Source: Acidimicrobiia bacterium
GTDB lineage: Bacteria > Actinomycetota > Acidimicrobiia > Spongiisociales > UBA5794
Length of the DNA: 64,000 nt
Assembly: GCA_035458525.1 (NCBI GenBank)
Contig: DATHZQ010000091.1
Location: 70,201 to 134,200 of the forward strand
Direction: 5' to 3'
Shown: positions 43,572 through 51,211 of the stretch, piece by piece
Layout of the letters: the number at the start of each line of letters is the position of its first letter
How positions within the stretch are numbered: the stretch's first letter is position 1
The notes under the pieces: generated by a model
What the model was told of the DNA's origin: nothing
The model's database searches: none
What the model saw: the letters and a program-made list of their open reading frames with translations, nothing else
Position numbers and translations under genes: made by a program

Positions 43572-44654
43572 ATGGCAGAGGAATACCGGGTCGTTCCCTA
43601 CGCACCGGAACACCGCTCCGCCGTACTCGATCTCCACGGCCGGCTCCTGCCGAGGGCTCGCAGCGTCAACGAGCGCTACTTCACTTGGAAGTACGAGGAG
43701 AATCCACACATCGCCGAACCGCTCCTCGCCCTCGTCTTCTCGGGCAATCACCTCGTCGCGATGCGCGGGCTGTGTGGCACCCAATGGGTCGCACGAGGTC
43801 AGACATCGGAAACGGTCCCCGCCGCCGAGGACCTCATCATCCATCCGGCGCATCGCAACCGAGGTCTGTTTCTCCTCATTGATCGCAAGCTGGTCGAGAT
43901 CGCAGCCGAGAGGGGCTACTCCCGGCTGATCAGCCTGTCGGCGAATTCCGCCACCCGAGGCCTGCAAGACATCACAGGCTGGGACCGCGTCGCAGCTTTC
44001 GGCGGCTCGACGCGTCAACCGCTCCAGGTGCCGGGTGGCCTCGCCGACAACCCAGTGATCCGTCGCTGGCGCACCCGCGGGACGGCACTGGCCCGGCGCA
44101 CCGGCATCGAGGTCCCACGGCCCGTCACCGCACTGAGCGTGGATCGAGCACTCGAAGGCGTCGAAGGGGCACTCCCGAGCGTCCGACTCAGCGCCGCGCC
44201 GAACGTCGATGTCTTCGAATCGCTCTCGCCGACACCCGATGCGCTACACCAAGCCCACACCGCGGAGTTCTTCGACTGGCGATTGCGGAACCCTGACCGG
44301 GAGTACCGCTATCTGTACTGGGATGATGGCGGCATCGAGGGATACCTCATCCTGGGTCTGCAGCCGTCGAACCCACGCCGGGTGATGATTGTCGACGGCG
44401 GAGCAACCGACGGAGCGATCCTCCTCGACCTCGTGAATGCGCTTGGCTGCGCAACGCGCCCCTCGCTGACCGCGCTCACGTCGACCCTCCCGAGTCCCCT
44501 CGGTGATCGGCTGCCTCGTCTCGGATTCGTCGAGTCCGACGCAGCAGCCGGGGAGCCGATGGTGGAGGTCTTCACCCGGACAACCTCAGGAACCGCCGCA
44601 ATCCAGCGTGGGGAACGCTGGCACACCGCCCTCATCGACACGATGCTCGGCTGA
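43572..44654 (+). CDS. GNAT-fold acyltransferase with an extra C-terminal domain
   Basis: MAEEYRVVPYAPEHRSAVLDLHGRLL...LVAMRGLCGTQW...DLIIHPAHRNRGLFLLIDRKLVEIAAERGY has a Q/RxxGxG/A-like acyl-CoA pocket (HRNRGLF). It is divergent from the ligase-carrier gene. Confidence 0.6.
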   Translation: MAEEYRVVPYAPEHRSAVLDLHGRLLPRARSVNERYFTWKYEENPHIAEPLLALVFSGNHLVAMRGLCGTQWVARGQTSETVPAAEDLIIHPAHRNRGLFLLIDRKLVEIAAERGYSRLISLSANSATRGLQDITGWDRVAAFGGSTRQPLQVPGGLADNPVIRRWRTRGTALARRTGIEVPRPVTALSVDRALEGVEGALPSVRLSAAPNVDVFESLSPTPDALHQAHTAEFFDWRLRNPDREYRYLYWDDGGIEGYLILGLQPSNPRRVMIVDGGATDGAILLDLVNALGCATRPSLTALTSTLPSPLGDRLPRLGFVESDAAAGEPMVEVFTRTTSGTAAIQRGERWHTALIDTMLG

Positions 44655-44709
44655 GCCGACGTCTGACGAAATCGGGAGGCGAGCTGCGCTCTCGACCAGA
44701 TGCCGGCCC

Positions 44710-44749
44710 TTATTGCGGACGATTTGCAGGTGCAGTATGTTCGCAATAA
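44710..44749. promoter_or_regulatory. AT-rich inverted repeat TTATTGCG-N24-CGCAATAA upstream of the ECF transporter operon
   Basis: The perfect 8-bp arms are at 44710..44717 and 44742..44749. The repeat ends 22 nt before the GTG start of cbiM. Confidence 0.35.
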
Positions 44750-44770
44750 CAGGACCAAGGGGGACGAGAC

Positions 44771-45757
44771 GTGCATGCGCCCGACGGATTCCTCAACGCG
44801 GGAACCGCAGTCGCCACCGGGGCGATCAGCATCGGCACGATCGGTGTTGCGCTGCGGCAAGTGCAGGACACGATCAAGGACAAGCAGGTTCCGCTCGCCG
44901 GGATCGCGGCCGCATTCATCTTCGCCGCCCAGATGTTCAACTTCCCGGTCGCGGCGGGAACCACGGGCCACCTCCTCGGCGGTGCACTGGCTGCCATCCT
45001 GCTGGGCCCGCACATGGGTGCGATCGTCGTGACGATCGTCGTCGTCGTTCAGGCTCTCATGTTCGCGGACGGCGGGCTCACCGCACTCGGCTACAACGTT
45101 CTCAACATGGCGATCGTGCCGGCGTACGGCGGGTACGCAGTGTTCCGTCTCTTCCGTCGCGTCGTGCCGCAAACGAGCGGTGGCGTCGTGGCCGCGACCG
45201 GACTTGCCGGTCTGGTATCCGTGGTCCTGTCGGCCGCCGCCTTTTCGATTCAATGGCTGTTCGGCGCCACTGCCCCGGTCACCTTCGCCGAGGTCTTCAC
45301 CGCCATGGTCGGTGTGCATTTCCTCATCGGAATCGGCGAAGGTGTGGTCTCCGCGTTGGCGGTTGGCGCCGTGCTGGCCGCACGGCCGGACCTCGTCCAT
45401 GGCGCTTCCGACCTCGATCCGTCGCAGATCTCACAACAGCACCGTGTCCCGATTCGCACGTTCCTCATCGGAGGCCTCCTGGCGGCGCTGTTCCTCGCTG
45501 CAGTGGTGAGCCAGTTCGCCGCCGACGATCCCGACGGCCTCGAGAGTGTGGCGATCGCAACCGGCATCGACGAGAGCGGCGAAGACCATGCGCTCGGAGG
45601 GAGCATCTTCGCCGACTACGCCACGGAAGGCCTCGAGAACGAGTCGGCCAGCCTCGCCATCGCGGGCATCACCGGCACGCTGATCGTGCTTGCGGTCGGC
45701 TGGGGTCTCTTCGCTGCGGTTCGTGAGAAGAAACCGACCGCCTCGGCGAACGCCTGA
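44771..45757 (+). CDS. cbiM: ECF-type Co/Ni transporter substrate-capture component CbiM fused to a PDGLE (CbiN-like) domain
   Basis: The GTG start gives MHAPDGFL, the metal-binding N-terminus of CbiM/NikM. AAQMFNFPVAAGTTGHLLGG is also present. The C-terminal part contains DDPDGLESVA plus a final TM helix. Confidence 0.85.
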   Translation: MHAPDGFLNAGTAVATGAISIGTIGVALRQVQDTIKDKQVPLAGIAAAFIFAAQMFNFPVAAGTTGHLLGGALAAILLGPHMGAIVVTIVVVVQALMFADGGLTALGYNVLNMAIVPAYGGYAVFRLFRRVVPQTSGGVVAATGLAGLVSVVLSAAAFSIQWLFGATAPVTFAEVFTAMVGVHFLIGIGEGVVSALAVGAVLAARPDLVHGASDLDPSQISQQHRVPIRTFLIGGLLAALFLAAVVSQFAADDPDGLESVAIATGIDESGEDHALGGSIFADYATEGLENESASLAIAGITGTLIVLAVGWGLFAAVREKKPTASANA

Positions 45758-45761
45758 TCCG

Positions 45762-46526
45762 ATGGGCGCAGGCCACACTCACGCGCTCTACGTCCACGAG
45801 CACAGCCCGATTCACCGTCTGCCCCCTCAGGTCAAGATCGCCGCTGCGGTGCTCTTCGTGTTCTCAGTCGCCGTGACACCTCGGGAGGCGATCTGGGCAT
45901 TCGCCGGCTACGCCGTTGCGATCGCTGCCCTCTCCCGGATCTCCAGAGTGGGGCTCCACTTCCTGCTCATCCGGCTGGTCGGCGTCGTCCCGTTCATCGC
46001 GTTTGCCTTCCTGATTCCGTTCATTGCCTCTGGGCAGCAGGTGGAGGTACTCGGGATCTCGGTGTCGCAGGAAGGGCTGCAGGCGGCGTGGAACATCATC
46101 GCCAAGGCGACCATCGGTGCGTCAACCAGCATCCTGCTCGCCGGCACGACCGAGATCCCTGACATCCTCGCCGGAATGGCACGCTTGAAGGTTCCCGTCG
46201 TTTTCACGTCGATCGCGGGATTCATGATTCGCTACCTCGGCTTGATCGTCGACGAGATCGGACGCATGCGAGTGGCCATGACGGCCCGTGGCTACGACCC
46301 GCGCTGGCTCTGGCAAGCGAAGCCCATCGCTCAGTCCGCCGGGGCGATGTTCATCAGGTCATACGAACGGGGGGAACGCGTGCACGACGCCATGGTGGCT
46401 AGGGGCTACCGGGGTGAGATGCCGGAACTGCGACGTCGCGAGCCGACGGTGCGGGAGTGGCTGCTGGGGGCCATGCTCCCGCTCTTCGGAATCTCGGTGA
46501 TGGTGGCGGCCATGGTGACCACGTGA
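45762..46526 (+). CDS. cbiQ: ECF transporter transmembrane (T) component CbiQ
   Basis: HRLPPQVKIAAAVLFVFSV...MTARGYDPRWLW....AQSAGAMFIRSYERGERVHDAMVARGY is the conserved ARG motif region. Confidence 0.85.
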   Translation: MGAGHTHALYVHEHSPIHRLPPQVKIAAAVLFVFSVAVTPREAIWAFAGYAVAIAALSRISRVGLHFLLIRLVGVVPFIAFAFLIPFIASGQQVEVLGISVSQEGLQAAWNIIAKATIGASTSILLAGTTEIPDILAGMARLKVPVVFTSIAGFMIRYLGLIVDEIGRMRVAMTARGYDPRWLWQAKPIAQSAGAMFIRSYERGERVHDAMVARGYRGEMPELRRREPTVREWLLGAMLPLFGISVMVAAMVTT

Positions 46527-47257
46527 GCCCCGCGCTCGAAGTTCGCGGACTTCGATTCACGTACCCCGACGGTCGGCTGGCGCTCGGCGGCATCGAACTC
46601 ACGGTCGAGGAAGGTCAGCGCGTCGCCGTATTGGGTCCGAACGGTGCCGGCAAGACGACGCTGGCGCTGCACCTGAACGGCATCCTGCGGGGCTCGGGAT
46701 CCATCACCGTCGACGGGCTCGAATTGAACGACGACAACCTCGACGAGATTCGCCGCAGGGTCGGGCTCGTGTTCCAGGACGCCAACGATCAGCTCTTCAT
46801 GCCAACCGTGGCCGAGGACGTGGCGTTTGGTCCGGCCAACCTCGGCCTTGCGGGTGCGGAGCTGGAGGAACGGGTCGCCGCAGCGCTGCGCCAGGTGAAC
46901 GCGGCCGATCTGGCCCGGAGACCCCCGCACCACCTGAGTGGCGGCGAGAAACGATCGGCAGCCATTGCGACGGCCCTCGCCATGGAGCCACAAATGCTCG
47001 TGCTCGACGAACCCACCTCCGGACTCGATCCGCTCGGGCGTCGCGAGCTCGTCGAGACACTGCAGGCGCTCGACATGACGCTCCTGATCATCACCCACGA
47101 TCTGCCGTTCGCCCTCGAGTTGTGCGAACGGTCCGTGATCGTCGACGGCGGGGAAGTAGTGGCCACGGGAGCGACGCCCGACATCCTCGCCAATGACGCC
47201 CTGTTGCGAAGGCATCGGCTCGAGATGCCCTTCGGGTTCAGGAAGGACAACGCCTGA
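46523..47257 (+). CDS. cbiO: ECF transporter ATPase CbiO
   Basis: The GTG overlaps the cbiQ TGA (GTGA). GPNGAGKTTL, LSGGEKRSAAIATALAM and VLDEPTSGLD are present. Confidence 0.9.
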   Translation: MSPALEVRGLRFTYPDGRLALGGIELTVEEGQRVAVLGPNGAGKTTLALHLNGILRGSGSITVDGLELNDDNLDEIRRRVGLVFQDANDQLFMPTVAEDVAFGPANLGLAGAELEERVAAALRQVNAADLARRPPHHLSGGEKRSAAIATALAMEPQMLVLDEPTSGLDPLGRRELVETLQALDMTLLIITHDLPFALELCERSVIVDGGEVVATGATPDILANDALLRRHRLEMPFGFRKDNA

Positions 47258-47345
47258 CCCGGCGGCAGCCCGCACCAGCGCTGCACGATCCGCTCCTATA
47301 GGTTGGCGCACACCAGCGCGAAGGCGACTGCGAGGAGGAGACCGA

Positions 47346-47869
47346 ATGGCGATCTTTGCGAAGCTACGACGGTGTCGACGGTGAGGCGAAGGACGAAGCC
47401 ACCACAGGTGGATCGAGATCCTGTCGTTCGGCTGGGGCGTGGAACGAAGCGGCGAGCCTGTCTCGGGTAGCAGCCGGCAACGCGGTGCAGCGACCGTCGA
47501 CCATCTCGTGCTGGCGTTTGACTACGAGAGGGCCGCTCCGAAGCTCCTCGAGAAGTGCCCGACGGGCACAGTGCTGCCAATGCTCGAGGTCGAGCTCGCC
47601 CGATCCATAGGGGAGCAAGGCCGGTCGACATACCTCAAGTACCCCTCACCAACGTCATGGTGACCTCGTACCAGGTGAGCGGCTCGGGCGATGCGGGCGG
47701 GCCGCCGACCGTCGTCGTCGACAACAACTCCGAGGAGATCAAGGTCACCCAAACCGAATACGGGGAGGACGGCACGGAACTCGGCAACGTCGAAGCGGAG
47801 TTCGACGACACGGCAACGGCAGCGAAGGTGCTCGAAGCCTCGAGCAAGAAGAAGACCAAGAAGAAGTAG
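47346..47869 (+). pseudogene. hcp: Hcp-family (type VI secretion tube protein-like) gene with at least 3 frameshifts and a Lys-rich tail
   Basis: A GAGGAGGAG RBS precedes the start. The pieces are MAIFAK / YDGVDGEAKDEA / WIEILSFGWGVERSG...VDHLVLAFDYERAAPKLLEKCPTGTVLPMLEVELARSIGEQGRSTYLKY / LTNVMVTSYQVSGSGDAGG...EEIKVTQTEYGEDG. Together they align along the whole of P. aeruginosa Hcp1 as I remember it. The frames used are 0, 1, 0 and 2. Confidence 0.65.
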
Positions 47870-47872
47870 GGC

Positions 47873-48742
47873 TCACGGCTCCACTCGGCCGTACGCCGCC
47901 AGCGTGTGCACCGCAAGCAGGGTCTTGATGCCGCGCCATTCCCACCGCGCCGCCTCACCGGGCGGCTCCCAAGCGATTGGCCAGCCACCGTCGCTCTCCT
48001 GGAGGCGCTCGAGGAGGTCGAGGTGGGCATCGATGAGATCGTCCGCAAACCACGAGCGAGCGATCGACTTCGGAGTGGGAGCGAAATCCAGCGGGGTGAC
48101 GCCGTACGCGTCGGGATCCGGTTCGAGATGCATGAACGCCGCCGCCGGCAATGCCGCCGCCACCGCGTCGCCGATCGAAGCCGCCTGCGCAGGATCAGGC
48201 GCTTGGTCCAAGAGCTTGGCGACACAGAGCAGCGCATGCGCCTCGGCCGGGATGTAACCGCTGTCCAAAGCGGAAAAGCAATGTGACGAAGCGCGGTCGA
48301 CCCAGGGGTGGCCGATCTCGAGGGCCCTGGCGTGGGCGACGATGGCCGCGGTCGGGTTCAACCCGGCGGGATACTCATCGGCGTACGTCCAGTGCTGCGC
48401 TCTCGGATAGCCCGCGATGGACGGCAAGAGCACAGGGACGGCACCCGATGGCTCAGCGACCGAGGCAAGCCAGTCGCACGCTCGAAGGGCCATCTCGACC
48501 TCCCCGCTGCCGACCATCACGAGGCGCTCCAAGGCGATCTCGACGTCGAGTGGCTGGCTTGCAGGAACGCGCTTGTCCGGTTCGAGGCCATGGCCGAACC
48601 CGCCGTCGTCGTTCTGATATCCGGCGAGCGCATCAACGACGCCCGCCGGCGCTCCGTCTTCGAACAACGCGGCGAACGCTCGCCGCTCCAGCACCCGCGC
48701 GTTGGCGTGAATGAACGTACGTGCGGACCCGATGTCGACCAC
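47873..48742 (-). CDS. Prenyltransferase/squalene-oxidase-repeat (alpha-alpha toroid) protein
   Basis: The GTG at 48742 has an AAGGAG RBS. GYQNDDGGFGHGLEPD and LQESDGGWPIAWEPP are QxxDGG(F/W)-type repeats. Confidence 0.7.
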   Translation of the reverse strand: MVDIGSARTFIHANARVLERRAFAALFEDGAPAGVVDALAGYQNDDGGFGHGLEPDKRVPASQPLDVEIALERLVMVGSGEVEMALRACDWLASVAEPSGAVPVLLPSIAGYPRAQHWTYADEYPAGLNPTAAIVAHARALEIGHPWVDRASSHCFSALDSGYIPAEAHALLCVAKLLDQAPDPAQAASIGDAVAAALPAAAFMHLEPDPDAYGVTPLDFAPTPKSIARSWFADDLIDAHLDLLERLQESDGGWPIAWEPPGEAARWEWRGIKTLLAVHTLAAYGRVEP

Positions 48743-48788
48743 GCGTGGTCTCCTTCTCTCCGGGGCGCCGCACGGTACAGACTCTCCA

Positions 48789-48898
48789 GCAGGGTGCGGA
48801 AAAGGGGTCCGCCGGTTCGGTTGACCGAGAACGCGGCAACGCCACGCACGATTTGACGTTGTTTGCCGAGCCGGCACTGGTGCTTTTCCGCATCCTGC
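48789..48898. other. Long-range 16-nt inverted repeat (15/16) bracketing the intergenic region downstream of znuC
   Basis: gcagggtgcggaaaag (48789..48804) pairs with cttttccgcatcctgc (48883..48898). The second arm touches the znuC stop codon. Confidence 0.3.
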
Positions 48899-49722
48899 TA
48901 GGCGGGGTGAGCATCAGTCGGCGACGACTCGGTGTGGATGGAGCGCTCCCGATGGACGTGCCGCTCGTCCGCAGGGGTGTGCGCCGCGTCGTCGATGAAG
49001 ATCCGGTCCTCGGAAACGTGGAGCAGGGCCGGCCCGTACGCATCCGCCAAGTGCTCCTTGGTGAGCACGTCGGCGGGGCGGCCGGCAGCGACGACGCGCC
49101 CCGAAAGCAGGACGACGTAATCGGCCACCTGAGCCTCGGACAGGTCGTGCGTTGTCAGGATGACCGAGCACCCACGACCGATCTCGTCGTGAATCGCCTC
49201 GTCGATTGTCTGTGCCGCCGTGAGGTCGATACCCGTGAGCGGTTCGTCGAGCAGCAAGACGTCGTGATCCTGGGCCATGCCCTGGGCCACGAACACCCGC
49301 TGCCGCTGCCCGCCCGACAGCTCGGTGAGATGGCGGGCCGCCAAGTCCGTGATACCGGTTCGCTCCATCGCCGATCTCACAGCCGTGCGGTCCTCGGCCG
49401 TGAGCCAGCGATACGCTCCCAGACTGGCGTAGCGACCCATGGTCACCACTTCCTGCACCGTCACCGGGAGCATGTCGTTGATCTTGGTTGTCTGGAACAC
49501 GTAGGAGATCCGGTGCGCTCCGCCTGCCCGCGCCGGCACGGAGATCGAACCGGCCGCGGGTTCGACCAGACCGGCGATCGCGTTGAGCAGCGTCGATTTC
49601 CCCGACCCGTTCGGGCCGATCACAGCCGTGACCTTGCCCGAAGGAATCGAGAACGTGGATCGGCGGATCGCCACCATGTCGCCGTAGGCGAGCACGAGCT
49701 CCTCGGCCGTCACGGCATTCAC
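48898..49722 (-). CDS. znuC: Metal (Zn/Mn-type) ABC transporter ATP-binding protein
   Basis: The GTG at 49722 overlaps the zur TGA (GTGA). GPNGSGKSTLL, LSGGQRQRVFVAQGMA and LLLDEPLTGID are present. The C-terminal tail is His/Asp-rich. Confidence 0.8.
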   Translation of the reverse strand: MNAVTAEELVLAYGDMVAIRRSTFSIPSGKVTAVIGPNGSGKSTLLNAIAGLVEPAAGSISVPARAGGAHRISYVFQTTKINDMLPVTVQEVVTMGRYASLGAYRWLTAEDRTAVRSAMERTGITDLAARHLTELSGGQRQRVFVAQGMAQDHDVLLLDEPLTGIDLTAAQTIDEAIHDEIGRGCSVILTTHDLSEAQVADYVVLLSGRVVAAGRPADVLTKEHLADAYGPALLHVSEDRIFIDDAAHTPADERHVHRERSIHTESSPTDAHPA

Positions 49723-50165
49723 CGGCACCGTGCGCACCGACCCTCGATCTCGAGCGCGTGATTCAGGGCGGCGAAGGACGCCGCCGCGCTGATCTCCCCG
49801 ACCACACGATCGACTTGCCGCTCGTGCGCGTCGGTGACCACGATGTCCTCCACAGATCCGCACTCGATGCAGATGAGATGGTGATGGTGGCCGCCGAGCC
49901 ATTCGGCTAGTTCGTAGCGGGTGAGGCCCTTGGTGCCATGGTGCGGGGCCAGCACGCCCACCTCCTCCAACACCGTGAGCGTGCGGTAGATCGACGACAA
50001 CGGCAACTGTCCATCGATCGTCGCGTGCAGCTCTGCAGCAGACATCGGTCCGTCGGCCGCGTCGAGCGCCGCGACGACCGTGCGCCGACCTGCGGTGTAG
50101 CGCACGTCGTGGTCGAGCAGTCGCTTCTCTATTTGGCGATCGAGGGAGGTCACTGGCATAGCCAC
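49719..50165 (-). CDS. zur: Fur-family metalloregulator, Zur by context
   Basis: SAAELHATIDGQLPLSSIYRTLTVLEEVGVL is the winged HTH. GGHHHHLICIECGSV...CARC are the metal sites. It is co-operonic with znuC and divergent from znuAB. Confidence 0.8.
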   Translation of the reverse strand: MAMPVTSLDRQIEKRLLDHDVRYTAGRRTVVAALDAADGPMSAAELHATIDGQLPLSSIYRTLTVLEEVGVLAPHHGTKGLTRYELAEWLGGHHHHLICIECGSVEDIVVTDAHERQVDRVVGEISAAASFAALNHALEIEGRCARCR

Positions 50166-50172
50166 AGTCTCA

Positions 50173-50210
50173 TGAGTATGGTTCTCATTCTCAAATGATA
50201 ACTGTTCTCA
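50173..50210. promoter_or_regulatory. Candidate Zur boxes in the zur-znuC / znuAB divergent region
   Basis: tgataac-t-gttctca (50196..50210) is a 7-1-7 palindrome with 6/7 pairs, of the TGAnAAn..nTTnTCA type. A weaker copy, tgagtatggttctca, is at 50173..50187. Confidence 0.5.
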
Positions 50211-51184
50211 ACAGCAAGGTCGGATTGAGACCCACTCGACGCGAGGTCCGCAGGCGCACCGAGCTCCTGGCATCGATCGTCCTGGTGGCCATCATCGCCG
50301 CGGCCTGTGGCGGCACGGTGGAAGAGGACGCAACCGCTTCCACTGAAGGTAACCCGGGGCTCCGCATCGTCGCCACCACCACGATCCTCGGCGACGTGGT
50401 CTCGAACATCGTCGGTACTGATGGTGCCGTCGACGTATTGATGCCGCGCGGCGCCGACCCCCACGATTTTCAGGCCTCGGCGGCGCAGATTGCGAGCGTC
50501 AACCGAGCCGATCTCGTGATCGCCAACGGGCTGGGACTCGAGGAGAGCCTCACGGACGTCTTGGCGTCGGCTGCCGACGACGGGGTGACGGTGGTCGAGC
50601 TCGCTCCCCTGCTCGATCCGCTTCCGTTCGGCGGCAGCAACGGTGCGCAGGATTCCGACGATCCGCACGTTTGGCTGGATCCGTTGCGGATGGTCGAAGG
50701 AGTACGCCTCATCGGTGCCGAGCTTGCTGCAATCCAGCCGGCGATCGACTGGTCGTCCGCCGCGGACGCCTATGCGACGGACCTCACCGCGGCCCACGAA
50801 GCCATCGTCGCAAGACTCTCGGCGATCCCCGGCGAGCGGCGGCGCCTGGTGACCAACCACGATGCGCTTGGCTACTTTGCAGACCGCTACGGATTCCTGG
50901 TCGTCGGCACGGTGATTCCGGCCGGCTCGACGCTGGCCGACCCGAGCTCGGAAGCCCTCGCCGAGCTCATCGAGGTCATGCAGCGGGAAGGCGTTTCGGT
51001 GATCTTCGGGGAGACCACCCAGCCGGATGCCATTGCCGACGCTGTAGCTGCGGAGTTGGGGCAAGAGGCGCAGGTCGTCGAGCTGTTCACCGGGTCCTTG
51101 GGGGAGGCCGGCAGCGGCGCCGACACGTTGATCGGACTTCTCACCACCAACGCCGACCGCATCGCATCTGCGCTGGCTGGGTGA
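50195..51184 (+). CDS. znuA: Metal ABC transporter substrate-binding lipoprotein (TroA/ZnuA family)
   Basis: The lipobox is VAIIAAAC-GG. IVATTTILGDVVSNIVG...DPHDFQAS...DPHVWLDP...TNHDALGYFADRYG follows. The start may instead be TTG 50225 (AAGG 5 nt upstream), which would place the Zur box outside the CDS. Confidence 0.85.
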   Translation: MITVLNSKVGLRPTRREVRRRTELLASIVLVAIIAAACGGTVEEDATASTEGNPGLRIVATTTILGDVVSNIVGTDGAVDVLMPRGADPHDFQASAAQIASVNRADLVIANGLGLEESLTDVLASAADDGVTVVELAPLLDPLPFGGSNGAQDSDDPHVWLDPLRMVEGVRLIGAELAAIQPAIDWSSAADAYATDLTAAHEAIVARLSAIPGERRRLVTNHDALGYFADRYGFLVVGTVIPAGSTLADPSSEALAELIEVMQREGVSVIFGETTQPDAIADAVAAELGQEAQVVELFTGSLGEAGSGADTLIGLLTTNADRIASALAG

Positions 51185-51211
51185 TCGAGTGCGACCGGGT
51201 ACGGTGCTGAC

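Noticed and set aside
44655-44770. Cobalamin riboswitch upstream of cbiM
   Set aside because: One would be expected from the gene context. However, the leader is only 116 nt, and I could not find a B12 box (GCCACTG-like) or the conserved GGGAA/GGTG core blocks. Only an AT-rich inverted repeat is present.
47258-48900. A T6SS or contractile-injection locus around the Hcp-like gene
   Set aside because: No VgrG, PAAR, sheath, baseplate or ATPase genes lie within at least 15 kb on either side. The gene is isolated and frameshifted.
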